The notes beneath the pieces are model-generated. The model ran no database searches. It was not told where the DNA came from and saw nothing but the letters and a program-made list of their open reading frames with translations. A program made the position numbers and the translations under genes. Shown one piece after another: positions 1 to 14,335 of a DNA stretch of 64,000 nt. Each line of letters starts with the position of its first letter. Within the stretch, counting starts at the first letter, position 1. This stretch comes from Hemiscyllium ocellatum. Its lineage: Eukaryota. Where the stretch lies: positions 1,860,001 to 1,924,000 of the forward strand of contig NW_026867603.1 of the NCBI RefSeq assembly GCF_020745735.1. Reading direction: 5' to 3'.

Positions 1-169
1 GTCGATACATGTTATTGTTATGTGTCATCATACTGAAAAATAACACTTTAATCCTGGAATCAGTGCTGGTAAAGTTTACAGTGTAGCATGATGGTGAATA
101 TACTGTTACCAAATTTGCAAAACCACGGAGAAAGGTAAGTTTTAAATGAGAGACAAACAGTTTATACAG

Positions 170-570
170 AGAAGTTAATGGTAAGTCAGCAAAACGTTCA
201 CAAATGGAATATAACGTGGGAGACGGTGACATTGGCAGTTTTGGAAGGGAGAAAAAAATATATAATTGGAAAAAAAACCTGCAGAAAGGGTTTCGAATAT
301 AACAGGAAGGAAAACTCACCAGGAATGTACAACGTAATGCTGAGACAAAGTGTATATTATTGCGGGTAGATTTGGTTCCAGTATTTAAGGAAAAATACCA
401 TGTTATTTGTGGCAGTTTAGAGAAGGTTTACTGGGATGATCCCTGGTGTGGAGCAATTGTCTTTTGAGTAAAGACTAAAAAGATGTGAGTCTGTTAACAG
501 GATATAAGCGGAGAGGACGATGATCCATTGAAACATGAAGTATTCTAAAGGCGTTTGGAAGGGTTAGAGA
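170..570 (+). mobile_element. CR1-like LINE, decayed 3' ORF2 fragment
   Basis: Degenerate match to CR1 ORF2 C-terminal region seen in other copies in the window (e.g. 'agagaaggtttactgggatgatccctgg'). Confidence 0.6.
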
Positions 571-574
571 GTCA

Positions 575-2690
575 TACAGTCACACATATGTAAAATAGCG
601 AAACATGCCCTTCGGTCAAACTCATGCATGACTGACAGATATCCGGATCTAGTCTCAGTTGCCAACACCTCACCCATATATCCCTATAGCTCAAATACTC
701 GCACCCTGGCAACATCGTTATATATTTTTTCCCGAAATCGTTAAAGTGCCTGACATCTTTCCAGTATCAGGGAGACCAGAAATGCACCTGTATTCCAGAA
801 GTAGCCTAACCAATGGCCTGTACAGCCGTAATTTGAACTCCCAACTGCCATACTCAATGCCCTAACCAATAAAAGAAATCATTCCAAACGCATTCACAAC
901 CCGATCTATCTGTGTCTCCACTCAAAATGAACTTTAAAAACTGTTCTGCAAAGTCTCTTGTTCAGCAACATTCCCTGGGCCATTAGCATTAGTTACGTAT
1001 GTCCAACCCTAACTTACCTTTTCATAATAATGCTCCTCGCATTTATCTCAATTATATTCCATTTGCCAGCCCTCGACCCATTGGCCCATCTATTCAAGCT
1101 CCCGCTTTTCTCTGAGGTAAACTCCATCGCAGTCCACTGTAGCTCCAATTGAGGTGCAACCTTCAAAATTCCGAAGTATACCTCGTATGATCACATGCAA
1201 ATCATGTATTTAAATGATGATAAAGAGTGACCACCTCTTCTCGCATTTTGCCACACCACTGTTCACAGACCTACATTCTTAAAAGTGTACCTCCAGCACC
1301 ACCCTCTGTCTTCTCCCTTCGAGCTAGGTCTGTATCTAAATGGCCAGTAACCCCTATATTTTATGTGATCTAGTCTGCCATGAGCAAGATTGTCTTATGT
1401 CTTACTGAATTCTACATTGATCACGTCCACTATTCTGCTCTAATAAATTCTCTTCGTTACTTCCTAAAAAAAATCAACTTAGCGAGACATGATTTCCAAC
1501 GCACAAAGCCCTGTTGACTACCCCTAATCATTTCTTGCTGATCCAAATATATGTAACTTCTGTCCCTCAGGATTCCCTCCAAAAACTTGCTGACCACAAA
1601 CAGCAGGCTCATCGGTCTGAGGTTCCCTCACTTTACTGTACAACCTTTCTGGAACTGTGGAACTGTGTTAGCAGGCCTCCAATCTCACCTATGGCTTTTA
1701 GTAATATAATATCACAGCAAGGGATCTAGCAATCACTTCTCTAGCTTCCCACGGAGTTCAAGGATGCACCTGATCAAGTCTTGATAATTAACATACCTTT
1801 GTACTTTTAAAGACGTCTAGCACCTCCATCTTTGTATTGTGAACATTTGTTTCAATACGTCTCTTTCTGCTTCCCCACATTCTATATCATTTATTTCCTT
1901 CTCCACATTAATCAGTAATGCAAAATATTCGTTTTGTCTATTTCCCATCTCCTGAGTTTCGACACATATGTTGCCATTTTGATCTTTGAGGAGCTATTTT
2001 TTCTCCCTAGTTATCTTTTTTTTTCTTAACGTATTGCAAAATTCGTTTAGATTCTGATTACCACATTTCCAAAGCTATCGCATGTTCATTTTTGCAGTCC
2101 TGATTTCCCTCTTAAGCATAACTTACTGCCTTTATATTTTTCTAAGGATTTGCTCGACTTGTTGTCTATAACTGACATAATCATCCTTCTTTTGATTGAC
2201 AAAAGTTCAATTTATCTAGTTATCAGGCATTCTCCACACATAGTAAACTTGCCTTCCAAATTATCAGGGATATTCTGTCTCTGGATTCTCGTTATCTCAT
2301 TTTTAAAGTCTTTTGATTTTCTAGCTGTTGCTTTCTGTGAAATTCACCTCCAATCAACTTTAAAAAGTTCTTGCCGAATACATTGAAAATTGGCTTTCCT
2401 CTCAATTTGATCTTTAAATTTTAGACGTGGTTTATCCTTTTCCATCGGCACATTAGAACGAATATAATTAAGGTAGGTTACACTGACGTGCTTCCACACT
2501 GACACCACGTTCACTGCCATGCCTTATTTACAAAGAGAAAGTCAAGTCGTGCACCAGCTCTGGCAGTTACATCCACAGACTCTTCAGGCGCTTTTATTAT
2601 GCATATGTAACAAATTCATTTCTATCTAAACCTCTAACACAATGTCAGTCCCAGTCTATTTTCGAATTTTTAAAATCTCCTACCAGAATC
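575..2690 (-). mobile_element. CR1-like LINE, decayed ORF2
   Basis: Reverse strand matches RT-region and 3' sequence of the CR1 copy at 36140-38280; many stops and indels. Confidence 0.8.
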
Positions 2691-2699
2691 ACTCCATAA

Positions 2700-4790
2700 A
2701 TGCTGACAGATGTTTCCCTCTTGTGAGGATCTAGGTCTAGAGGGCACTGTCTCAAAATTAAGTAGTGTCAATATAAGACTAAGATGAGAAGGAATTTCTC
2801 CTCTCAGGTGGTTGTGACTCTTTGCAATTCCTTGGCACATAAAATACTGGGGGACTCGTGCCTCGACAGTTTAACTGAGCGGACCAAGTTCTGGCAGATA
2901 GAGTACAATGTAAATAAATGGGAATTCATCTATGTCGTTAGGAGTAACAGTAAAAAGATCTACTACTTGAATTGTAAGAAATTACAGCACTCTGGCCTGC
3001 AGGGGAACCTGAGTGACCTTGTGCATGAAAGACTGAAGGTTGGACAGCAGACGCAACAGGGAAGTAAGATGGCAAATAGAATTTTTCCTTGGGAAATTTA
3101 ATCTTAGCCTTCATTGCCAAAAGCATTGAATTTAAACAGATCGGTTATGTTGCAGTTGTGAATGGTGCTGGAGTACTGAGTGTAATTTTGTTATCCTTAC
3201 TTGAAAATGGATGTCCTGGTACGTGAAGTGATGCACAGAAGTTTCACGAGGTTGATTCCAGAGCTGGAGGGCTTTACTTCAAAGGAGAAACTTATTTCAC
3301 TGCGATTATTTTCATAGCNNNNNNNNNNNNNNNNNNNNNNNNNNNNNNNNNNNNNNNNNNNNNNNNNNNNNNNNNNNNNNNNNNNNNNNNNNNNNNNNNN
3401 NNNNNNNNNNNNNNNNNNNNNNNNNNNNNNNNNNNNNNNNNNNNNNNNNNNNNNNNNNNNNNNNNNNNNNNNNNNNNNNNNNNNNNNNNNNNNNNNNNNN
3501 NNNNNNNNNNNNNNNNNNNNNNNNNNNNNNNNNNNNNNNNNNNNNNNNNNNNNNNNNNNNNNNNNNNNNNNNNNNNNNNNNNNNNNNNNNNNNNNNNNNN
3601 NNNNNNNNNNNNNNNNNNNNNNNNNNNNNNNNNNNNNNNNNNNNNNNNNNNNNNNNNNNNNNNNNNNNNNNNNNNNNNNNNNNNNNNNNNNNNNNNNNNN
3701 NNNNNNNNNNNNNNNNNNNNNNNNNNNNNNNNNNNNNNNNNNNNNNNNNNNNNNNNNNNNNNNNNNNNNNNNNNNNNNNNNNNNNNNNNNNNNNNNNNNN
3801 NNNNNNNNNNNNNNNNNNAATTTTGATGAAAGAGGGAGGATCGCGAGAAGCTTACAAAATTATGAAGGCAATTTTAGGATCGAACTAGAGATCGTGTTTC
3901 CACGAGCTGGTGAAAACAGAACACGAGGGCATTACCTCAAGTTAGGTAGAATACATTTCGGACTGAATTTAGAAGGAATGTCTTCACCAAGTAGGTTGTG
4001 AATCGATGGAATTCTCTGCCCAGAGAAGTAGTTGAGGTTTCCTCAGTAAATGTTTTAAAGATAATGTGGATAACCTTATGATTTGTAAAGGAAGTAAGGG
4101 TTAAGGAGAGAGAGTATGTAAGTGGAGCTGAAGCAATGAAAAGATTGCAGGTATAACAGGTAATAACGAAGGCAAATTGAATGCTGGCATTTATTGCTAA
4201 ACGCAGAGACTATCAATTTCTGAGTGGCTTGTTGCAACTGTGCAACACGTTTTGTGCGATCGAACCCGAAACATTACGTTCTGTTTTTGACCCCTTACTT
4301 GAGGAGGATATAAATGCATTGCACGCAATTCACAGAAGGTGCAGGAGACTTATTTCCACAGAAAGTTGCGTTAATGAGAAAGACTGAGCAGCAACGCCCG
4401 ACATACCGTAGCGTTTCGTGGAATAAGTGGTTACCTTATAGATAGATGCATGATGCTCCCAGGAATTTACAGAAGAGATGTTGAGAAGATTTTCCAAAAC
4501 TGGAGCAGTCTGAAATAGGAGTTTACACCTCCGGACAAAACTGAACAAATTTTAATGCAGAGTTGAGGAGAACTTCCTTCTCTCAAAGGCAATAAATCTC
4601 TGGAATTCACCACCAAAGAGCTTGGTGATAACAAATTTACGGAAGAGGTAGGTAGATCTTTACTGAGAAAACAACTCAAGTGTTACCGACAGTGGGAAGA
4701 AAAGTGAAGTTCAAGGCAAGTTGAGATCAGCCTGGAATGAAATGCATGGCTGAGCAGGATTGAGGTTCTGAATGACTTCAATTTGTTAGC
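2700..4790 (+). mobile_element. CR1-like LINE 3' fragments (more than one copy), spanning the assembly gap
   Basis: Peptide remnants such as WQIEYNVNKWEF and MLAFIAKR; CR1-type 3' UTR near 4050-4150 and 4700-4790. Confidence 0.75.
3319..3818. other. Assembly gap (500 N)
   Basis: Run of exactly 500 N. Confidence 1.
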
Positions 4791-7700
4791 AGATCCTATA
4801 TTCTCGGTTATAATCAATTCTGGAGCTTGGCATTTTCCTGATAGCATTGTACCTGTAAGTAACAGAATATTCCAGCTGAGATTCAGCGAGTGACTTCCAG
4901 ACATTGAAAATAAACTGCTTCCTCTTGTTTTCTGTGCTTTATATCAATTAACCAAGAATGTATGTTGATTTATTGATCAATATCTGAAACTATCCTATTT
5001 GATTGGCAGTAATGAATTCATTCAACTATCCTCTTCATCAGCATTCCAAGTTGACACATCGTTCAAACTTGTTTGTCTTTGTTTCAAATTCCGTCAATTT
5101 ATTTTTAACCTTTCATCACTGCTGCTTTTATTTGAGAAAACGCCACGCCAAATAGACAGATTTCTTAGCTGACACATGTGAATGGATAATCTTCGAAAAA
5201 AATAATTTGGCAATACAGTGGGAAAAAAATCAGATCGTCTTTCTGGAATTTAAAAAAAGCAAAGTGTCTTGGAGAGACATGTTCAAAAATCTTGAATGCA
5301 TGATTATAAGTTGATACTCCGATTAGGAAAACTAACGTGAAACTTTGCTTTGATAGGGGGTACGCTGAAAAGAATGAAATGATCATGATTCACCCTTCTC
5401 TCTTTACTTCTCTCATTAGTCCTGGACTTTAAAGTTGTGAAAAAAATTTTCGCTGCCCTACTGGATAACAATGCTGAGGCTGTTGCAGTGAAGTCGACGA
5501 TCCGAGTAACATGAGGTATCTGAGATCAAATAAGAACAGTAAGTGCACAGATGATTAATACTGGACGATTGACATTTTGAATATAATGAAGACATTTGAT
5601 AGACACAAAAGAAGGGAAGAATTTTGCTATATTTGGATGGCTAAATATGCAATACAAAATTCCTGAATTAAAATGAACAAAACATAATTGCTGCAGATGT
5701 AGGAAGGAAGTACTTTTTATACAACAGTAAGACGTGAAGCGCTGTACTTAATGCAAAGAAGATGGAATTTCCAAAGGAGGTTTGAATAACAACAAGGGAA
5801 GTTAACGTTGAAAAATCTCTTGGCACTTGGGCATATCAAACTATTTCCCAACAACCGAAGTTAGGTCTTTTTGTATTTGTTAGAACACATGTCTCGTGCT
5901 ACCATAAGTGTGTTTGAAGTACGATTTTGTGCAAGGTAATTTATCCTGATGGGAATTTAATTCATTTGTCAAAATCATATTTGACATGCTCTTAATTAAC
6001 GCAAGTATTACATGTTCCGATTTCGATTCCTCCTTCTCAAACTTTCTTAATATATTTACAATTTTCTCTAAGCGATCGATATACACAATAGTAAATAATA
6101 ACAAAGAGTGCTGCAGTAGGTCACCAGTCAGTGTGCTGAGTTAATGTTTTGAACCAGATATGATTCTCCTTCAGAACAGATGAGATGCTGCAAAATATTA
6201 TGTTTCGTATACTTCAAAATGAGTTGTGACGCACCATAAAACTATAACGTGGAAGAGTGGAATTAGGAATTAGTTCATTTATCTCGTTCAGTCTACTTTT
6301 CAATTCCATCATTTCTGAGATACTTCTCAAGCACATTCTCCTGCCTTTCCATTTAAAACTTGATCCCGAACTTTTCAAAAATCTGTTTACATAATCTGTC
6401 TGAAATAGGCTCAATTACTTGGATTTCACAACATTTTCAGATAATGAGCCCCATAGAGTCACCGCTCCCTTCTTCTTAATTAGTTGAAGGCGTGTACTGT
6501 CCCCGGAAGAGAAACCTGCATATCCCAACGTGTGGTGCAACTAGATACCAGTTGCTTTCACAGCAGTTTGAAGTTTACCGATCAGTGGAAATTATGCCCT
6601 ACAACTCTAAGACCCAATCTAATTTGAATTTTACTGTTTTGAAAGCATTGAACCAATGAGGTGATCTGATGTTTGGTCATATCAAGCAGGATGTTTGAAC
6701 TGTTAGCCAGAAAGATCACCATTTTCCATTTGAAACAATGCTCTCTCTCAAGTGTACGTACTTCGGATGAAATATCTTGCAGCAGTAGGCTGAAGACGAC
6801 GCAGGACGAGTGCCAAAGCGAGGAAGATTATCCGTGCTGATGACAGACGCTGTCTGGTTTTGAAAGAAAAAGTTGCAGTAAATCTAATAAGGCCCTTCGT
6901 GCATAAGTATATTGTGATGGAGTGGGTTTTGGAAGCTGCGTAAAAGTTTTCTTCAAGAACTTGGAAAGTTTCTGGGCCCAGAATTTTGCAATCAAGTGGA
7001 AGGAAGAGATTCGTCGTTCTTCCGTTTGAAGAGGTGAAGGATTGGTTCTTACAAAGGGAAATATATCACGAGGTGATCCATCATTCTGTCCCACTACACC
7101 AGTCAATACGACCTTGGCTGATCTAATTATGACTTCGCCTCCTTCACTTTGTGGAGATTTTATGTCTCTGCAGCCTCTGCTCCATTTGCTCCTAATGTTT
7201 CAGAATCAGGTGCGCTTTCACTACCGTCCCCATCCCTCACGTAGAGTGGTTGTGGGGGATGGGTGGTTCCACACTCACTGGTCTCCCTGAATGTCAGCAA
7301 CATCTCACAGCACAACATCCAGCATATCATCCCAAGCACGTCTACTATATTTCAAACAGAATTTAGCTGAATTTCCGTCGACAACGAATTACATAATAAT
7401 TCCAAAACAATTGCATTCGAGGGGATTTCACAGTTACTGAATACATGATTATGTAAGATTAACGACAACAGGCATTCAGTATAAGCACACAGACCAAGTT
7501 TCAAAAATGAGTGCGAATGTTTCGAAACCCCGGTGTACTATGTGAGGTCTCCTATTCGATATATATGACAAAACGGCGACTAAGTATCTGTCGAACTTGG
7601 GAGCCGCGCTGAACAAACAAATGCATTCATAGATAATCCAAGACAAAATGTCTGTCTTGCTTGGGAGATGTGCAGACAGCACCAGCACAATTATCTATAA

Positions 7701-8659
7701 ACATAGAGCACGAGTTCAAACAACTTGCGAGGCTCTACCGATTATACCAATGAATTGGTCATTAGCTTGTTTTGGATTGGTGCACAATATGGGTGAACTT
7801 GCAGCTTGTGCTGAGGAGCACAAATCACATGGCTCCCGGTCATTTCCTGCTCCATTTTTCCGTTGTGGCTTGATCATTTCTAGAAAGAAATGAAAAGGAA
7901 ATCAATTTAAAAACATTAATTGTTTTGGTGTTCTGTGAAATAAACAGCGAAACACATAATGACTAACTCATGGAAGAATATATTCATTGATTTCAGAATA
8001 CTGAAAAGAGGATATTTCAACAGAATCTTGCAACATGGGCCAATATTCTCCAGCAAAGGTACCTAAGCAGGATTTTGGTGTGCATTCAGATGTAAGAGAA
8101 TTTGGATAAGCATTTGGACAATAACTTTGCAAATAGAATTGGGGTCAGCAGACTTTGGAATGTTTGGATTGAATCTTACAATAAATTGGCGAAGTTCCTT
8201 TATTTCAGAGTTTGAGGGAGGGATTCAAGCATACCCTGCCTGATAATATTCTTCACCTTCTATGCTCGGCCGATTCGTTGTGAATTAAATAGTCTTCAGT
8301 GGCAGTGTCCACATCTCATTACTACATCTTCTAAATCAGTTTGTTCTGGCCCATCTCATTTTGACATGGAACCGACCTTATCAATCTCCAGTAAGTTTCC
8401 ACTCTCATGCGATGACCCTGAGCAATTGTGTTTCTGCAGGACCCCGAACGGCACTGAGTAATTTGAAAGTATTATCAATCATGAGACTAAACTTACAAAT
8501 GTGCAACTGGAGCATCCGGTAATGCAGAGTAGCTTTCACTCAGAAATTGGCTTTTGGGATATGGACAATAGCAAGAGGAATATGACAGTGTCAGCGGAGA
8601 CCAATGCAATCTATCGTTTTCTTCCAAAGTGAAGTTCTAAAATGAAAGCATATACGACA

Positions 8660-9845
8660 GGGAAAATCGATAAAGCCAATCAGAGTCAGCTAGTTGCACA
8701 GCATGGAAACAGTCCCTTTTGTCCAAAAGGTCCATGCCGACCAGCTATCACAACACAATCTCGTCCCGCCTCCCAGCACCTGGCACATATTCCTCCAAAC
8801 CTTTCTTATTCATATACCCTCCAAATGCCTTTAAGTGTTTCAAATATATCGGCCTCCACCACTTCCTCTGGCAGCTTTTCCTTACACATACCACCCTTTG
8901 CGTGAAACGGTTGCCCCTTAGGTCTCTTTTATATCTTCCCCTCTCATCCAAAGCCTATGCCTTCTAGTTATGGACTCCCTGACCCCATGGAAAAATCTTT
9001 GCCTTTTTATCTTATCCATGCCGCTCATTGTTTTGTAAAATTGTATAAGGTCAACACTCAATGCTCCAGGGAAAACAGCTCCAGCCTATTCAGCCTCTCC
9101 CTGTAGCTCAAATCCTCCAACCCTTGCAACATCCTTGCAAATATTTTCTGAACCCTTTCAAATTTCAAACATCTGTTCGATAAGACGGAGACAAGAATTC
9201 TAACATTGGCCTAATCAATGCCCTTTACAGCCGCAACTTGACGTCCCAACTTCTGGACACAATACTCTGACCCATGAAAGAAAGCTTACCAAACGCCTTC
9301 TTCACTATTATATCTACCACCGACTCCACTTTCAAGGAGGTATGAACCTGCACTCCAAGGTCCCCTTGTTCAGCAACGCACACTCGGACCTTACCATTAA
9401 ATGTATAACTCTTGCTAATATTTGCTTTCCAAAAAATGCAGCACCTCGCGTATTTCTGAATTAAACTCCATCTGCCATTTCTCAGTCCATTGGCCCATCT
9501 GGTCAAGATCCTGTTGTAATCATAGGTAACCCTCTTTATTGTCCACTAAACCTCCAATATTGTTGTCATCTGCAAATATACTAACTGTACATCTTATGCT
9601 CACATCTAAATCATTTCTGTAAATGAGCAAAAGTAGTGGACACAGTACCGAACCTTGTGGTGGTCAACTGGTCACAGCCCTCAGTTTGAAAACCAACCCT
9701 CCACCAACACCTTTGCGCCAGTTCTATACCCGAGTGGTAGTTCTCCCTTAATTCCCTGAGATTTAAACTTAGTTAATAATCTCACATGGAAAACCTTGTC
9801 GAGAGCGTTACTGATGTTCACAGAGATCAGTAAGGCTTTCGACTG
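8660..9845 (-). mobile_element. CR1-like LINE 3' portion
   Basis: Reverse-strand RT C-terminal remnants (IVKKAFGKLSF); CR1 tail near 8670-8740. Confidence 0.85.
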
Positions 9846-10420
9846 TGCTACTGAGACTTTATAAAGCTCTGGTTGGGCCCCATTTGGAGCACTTTGTCCA
9901 GTTTTGGTCCCCACACCTCAGGAAAGACATACTGGCACGGGAGCGTGTCCAGCGGAGATTCACATGGATGACCCCTGGCATGGTAGGTCTAACATTCGAG
10001 GAATGGCTGAGGATCCTGGGATTGTATTCATTGGAGTTTAGAAGATTAAGGGGAGATTTAATAGAAACGTACAAGAAAATGCATGGCTTGGAAAGGGTGG
10101 ATGCTCGGAAATTGTTTCTGTTAGGCGAGGAGACTAGGAACTGTGGACACAGCCTTAGAATTAGAGGGGGTCAATTCAGAACAGAAATGCGGAGACATTT
10201 CTTCAGCAGAGACTGGTGGACCTGTGAAATTCATTGCTGCAGAGTGCAATGGAGGCCGGGATGCTAAATGTCTTCAAGGCAGAGATTGAAAAATTCTTGA
10301 TGTCACAAGGAATTAAGGGCTACCGGGAGAATGCTGGTAAGTGGAGTTGAAATGCCCATCAGCCATTATTGAATGGCGGAGTGGACACGATGGGCCAAAT
10401 GGCCTTACTTCCACTCCTAT
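9845..10420 (+). mobile_element. CR1-like LINE 3' end
   Basis: ORF LLRLYKALVGPHLEHFVQFWSPHLRKDILARERVQRRFT...GHSLRIRGGQFRTEMRRHFFS, typical CR1 ORF2 C-terminus; tail ending 'ttatggtcttatgg'. Confidence 0.9.
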
Positions 10421-10945
10421 GTCTTATGGTCTTATGGAGAACACATCTACCGGTCTGCCATCATTAATCCTCTTCTTGACTTCTTCTTTCAAAAACTCAA
10501 TCAAGTTTGTGAGATATGATTCCCCGTGATTTGTTTGCTATTGCAGTGCTCGCTTATAAAAGAGAAAATTGGCTGAAAAACACAGCTCGATTACAGAAAA
10601 AATGAGTTGGCGTTAAAGTTTGATAACGAAATTCGTGCAGTGATTTGTTGTAACGATGGTGCAGTTACAAACTGGCTTACCTCAATTCCTTTCGCATTCA
10701 TTATCTTTCTACCAACAGTGCTTTTTTTCATCGCATTACATTGCAGACATGGCTGATAACCTATTTCACGTGTCTGTAAGATGAAATGAAGCCCTATGTG
10801 GAAAACGAAGGGAAACGACTCATGGTGTCTATTTAGACAGACACAAAACAAAATGCTTTCTGAACTGTCTCAAAAATGTAATGGACGCAAAAAAAGCTGT
10901 TGATTAGGCTGGCCCCTTACATAGATCTAAAGCCTGAACAATAGT

Positions 10946-11238
10946 GGGCGGCACGGTGTCACAGTGGTTAGCACTGCTCCCTCACAGCTCCAAAGATCTA
11001 CGTTCGAATCCTTCCGGCGTTTCTCCGTGTGGAATTTGTCCATTCGCTTCGTGTCTGCGTGGGTTTTCTCGGGATGCTTCGGTTTCGTACCACAATCCAA
11101 AAATGTGCAGGACAGGTGAAATGGCCATTCTAATTTGCCCGCAGTGTTAGGTGAAGGAGTAAATGTAGGGGAATGGTGGTGGGTCAGTGTGGATTTGTTG
11201 GGCTGAAGGGCCTGTTTCCACACTGTAAATAATCTAAT
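10946..11238 (+). mobile_element. tRNA-derived SINE (HE1-like)
   Basis: 5' GGGCGGCACGGTG-CACAGTGGTTAGCACTGC head with A-box; 3' 'gaagggcctgtttccacactgt' tail similar to CR1 3' ends. Confidence 0.85.
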
Positions 11239-11339
11239 ACCTTTAAGTGTGTAATTCGAACCAGGGTAGTGAGAAATTTTTAAAAAACTCTCACGAAAAT
11301 TCATGGTTTTTTTTGTATTCCTCCAAAAGTACATCGTCG

Positions 11340-12130
11340 ATCCAATTCAATACGACGTGACAAGAACAACAAAATGATGATCTCCGTTCTATTTTACAGT
11401 AAAGTAGGGACAACACCCCGTTTCTGCATAAAGCTGTAACTGTGTCGGCAGAGCCAATGCCCTACTGAACAGAGGGATTTTGAAGTCCATGTTCGAGAAT
11501 AGTAGTGTAAAGTTTTGGGCGACAAAGCTGTTGCATATAACGCAGTCCTATGTGGAGGTGAAACGTGGACTGCCTATGTAGATAATTCAAGACAGTGGAG
11601 CTACAATAACAGAGACTCTGCAAAAATTTTGTCGAGATTTGTGCAATTCGTTAGAGTGTTGGAGGGGGTTAGCATATTCAGTATCACTACCAACTTAATT
11701 GAGCAACTACACAAATGAACCCTTCATGCCATCCGAAAACCCAACTCAAGTCTCTCAAATCACATCATGTATTCACCAGCTGAAGGACGGATGGCGTCCG
11801 CCTGCTGGCCAAAGGAACAGGTTCAAAGATAACGTCCAGACCACCTCAAGTACTTCCATATCAACGTCAACAACGAGGAGGACATGGCTGTGATTGGAAT
11901 CACTCGATAAAAATCATCGAGCAGAGAACTTTACAGCAGTGTAATCATCTCTGCTCTGCCACTGGACAGAGGTGTCTTCTGTGCAAAGAGAGAGAATATC
12001 AAGCATGCACAACCATTGTGAAGAAATGCCCAGATTGGCGTCTTCAGCCAGCTGAAGATACACAGGTCGATGCCGTTATGTAGAACAACGTATTTGACCT
12101 GAGTGATTGCTGACGATTTGAATAAAATAG
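11340..12130 (+). mobile_element. RTE-clade LINE, decayed 3' end
   Basis: Remnants VLCGGETWTAY and LKDGWRPPAGQRNRFKD resemble the RTE ORF C-terminus (LLYGxETWT; GxRxxGGQxKRFKD). Confidence 0.7.
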
Positions 12131-14097
12131 GTATTTCTGACATGTTTCGATCTGGGAACTTATTCCGTCATGATAATCACTGCACTAAGAAAGACAGCAC
12201 AGCCGTTGATAAGATTAAGTTTCTGTATTCTCTGTCATTCTGCACTGTTTCGCTCAAAACATAATTTAGCTAATCGTCAATGACTTAATTAGAACTCACT
12301 CGTACCAAGTCTCAGTGTGGTAAGTGACAATGAAATGCAGAAGCAGTTACATTTGCGTTTGCACCGTCTAAGTGTACAAACCTGGGCCCACGAAAAAAAC
12401 GCGCTCTAATGTTGTGGCTAAAATACAGCATAAGCAAAAGCGTAGGGAAAGAAATCCATGATTCCAATCCTGATGAACTATTTTCTTAGCTTATCAGGAA
12501 TGTACAGACACACTATGATTTTCTGAAGATACCTTTCAAGATACAATGAGCTGAAAAATTTAATATTTCTGTGAGAAAATATATTCGATATGTACTGATG
12601 AAGAAAACAGGAATGGAACGACTTTTCATTAATTCACACATTTATGATGGACACTGAGTTTGGGTCTGCTCAGGGAAATAACAGATTTCGCATTTTGATG
12701 TCAAACGATTCGCCCCAGACTGCCGAGAACAAGCACAAAGCCGAACTAGCTGCATTGTCGAGAATAAGATATTCCATTCAAGTCTGCCTTTGGGCCAATA
12801 TCGATCATGTTACTGTGTCATTGGTTTAAATCCTGTCATGGCAGGTGATAGCATCTGAGTCCATGAACGAAGCCGGCAATGGGAGTCTGATGATCACAAT
12901 GTAAATCTGTTATTAGTGAAGCCCAGACTGCACGATGATATGCTTCCGGGAAGGAAAATGCTATTCTGAACTGGACTGGTGTACATGTGACTCCCGAACA
13001 ACAGCAGTGCAATTACCTCACCCATATCCAGTTAATACGTTGCTCGTGACTCACTTCAATACTACTGTTTAAAAAATGTGAAGCGTTATTGCAAATTTCT
13101 TCCCTTTCCAAAACAGACATTGTCGTTATTGAGAATGCTAGGGGTGGGTGTGGGCGCAACAATTTTCTTTTTGGCGTCCCCCAAATGACCTGAGTAGCTG
13201 AAAGTCAAGTCTCAACCAAAGGGAGAGTTCTTGGAAAGACAAATAATTGAAGCAACACCGTTATGATTTGTTGAATGGTAATCAACTTGGTTGCAAACTG
13301 CCGGCAGCATATGAAAACCGAATCTATTTGTGTCTGAGTGCGTAAGTCAATAGGTTGAGGATCTTTTGATTTGTAACTGTGGAGGACTGCTTTGAGCTGA
13401 CAGCGTTTCTAATTATTCTTGACTTCTTTCTTTTATTCTTGGTTTTGTAGCGGTTAACACAGAAACGTTGCTGTTTCCAAAATGACGTGAACCAGGCCTG
13501 TTGATCTCAGTATGAAGAGAAACTCATGCTCAATATACCTTCAGCACACTTGCTTCTGGTAATTTATCTTTTCTTCCATCCAGTTTCCAAATAAAAAATC
13601 CTTCTGCTGGAATGAGAAGGTCAGGAATTGACTGACACACAAAACAAAAGAAGTATTCAATATTTCCACTGTCACTCTTCAGACAGGTTAGCCGTTCATT
13701 CAATAACAGAAGTTAATGGCTCCAATGGATTTGGCCAGATTTGAAACACTAACACTACTTCCTCACGCTTTGCTCTCATACATTGACATTCCTGCTGAAT
13801 TCTGGCAGCATTTTTCTTTTTTTCCTGATCTCCAAATTAAATTTGCTTTGTTTAATCAGTAAACTTAATATGTTTCTTGAGGGGGAGGAATAGTTACACT
13901 GACACAAAAAGATAACAATGGCAAGTGGGAAAGAGGGAAATTGATCATCGACAAACAAAAGTGGTGGAGTTGGAGCAGCAATACCACAGGCAATGGGTAA
14001 AACTGCAGCAGCAGAGACCAAAGCAGTGCAAAGGGAGCGAGACCAGGGAGGACATTGTTTAAAACAGCATGCGGCATCGGAATAAGAATGCCACTCA

Positions 14098-14335
14098 GTG
14101 TGATAGCGTGCGAGAAACACCTGCCCTGCCGCCGCACAGCATAAGCACATGAAAAACACAAAATAAATTCTGCGAAACACAGAGATTATGCTTGCCAACA
14201 CATGGAGAACACACCCACAATGCCCCAGTTTTAGCCAAACAGGCTAACATACGAAGCAAAAATGGCCAATCTACTCCCAGACTAAAGAATAAACTTCCCA
14301 AACAGTCTTCACAGTAAACTCTCAGCCCAATATGC
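14098..14335 (+). repeat. ERV 5' LTR remnant (truncated by insertions)
   Basis: Aligns by eye to 28330-28530 ('gcgaaacac.gagat...gaatgccccagt...agccaaa...cttcccaaacag.cttcac'). Confidence 0.75.

Larger units (their letters stand above)
1..6350 (+). repeat. Arm A of an inverted segmental duplication (partner ~33030-38800, opposite strand); runs off the window start
   Basis: Collinear reverse-complement matches at ~30-170/38650-38790, ~1410-1480/37360-37430, ~2890-2990/35850-35950, ~4400-4620/34760-34980, ~5090-5650/33740-34300, ~5950-6350/33030-33530, including non-repeat DNA. Confidence 0.85.

Noticed and set aside
5100-5400. Coding frame conserved between duplication arms (DTCEWIIFEKNNLAIQW...)
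   Set aside because: Hand count of differences between arms showed no third-position bias, and both arms share stops.
6575-6730. VWA-like stretch on the minus strand (MVIFLANSSNI...IRLGL)
   Set aside because: MIDAS residues absent and the match is short; conflicts with opposite-strand hints.
8660-10420. Inverted CR1 junction at ~9845 as a twin-priming inversion
   Set aside because: Both halves have their own 3' tails, so they are more simply two independent truncated copies.
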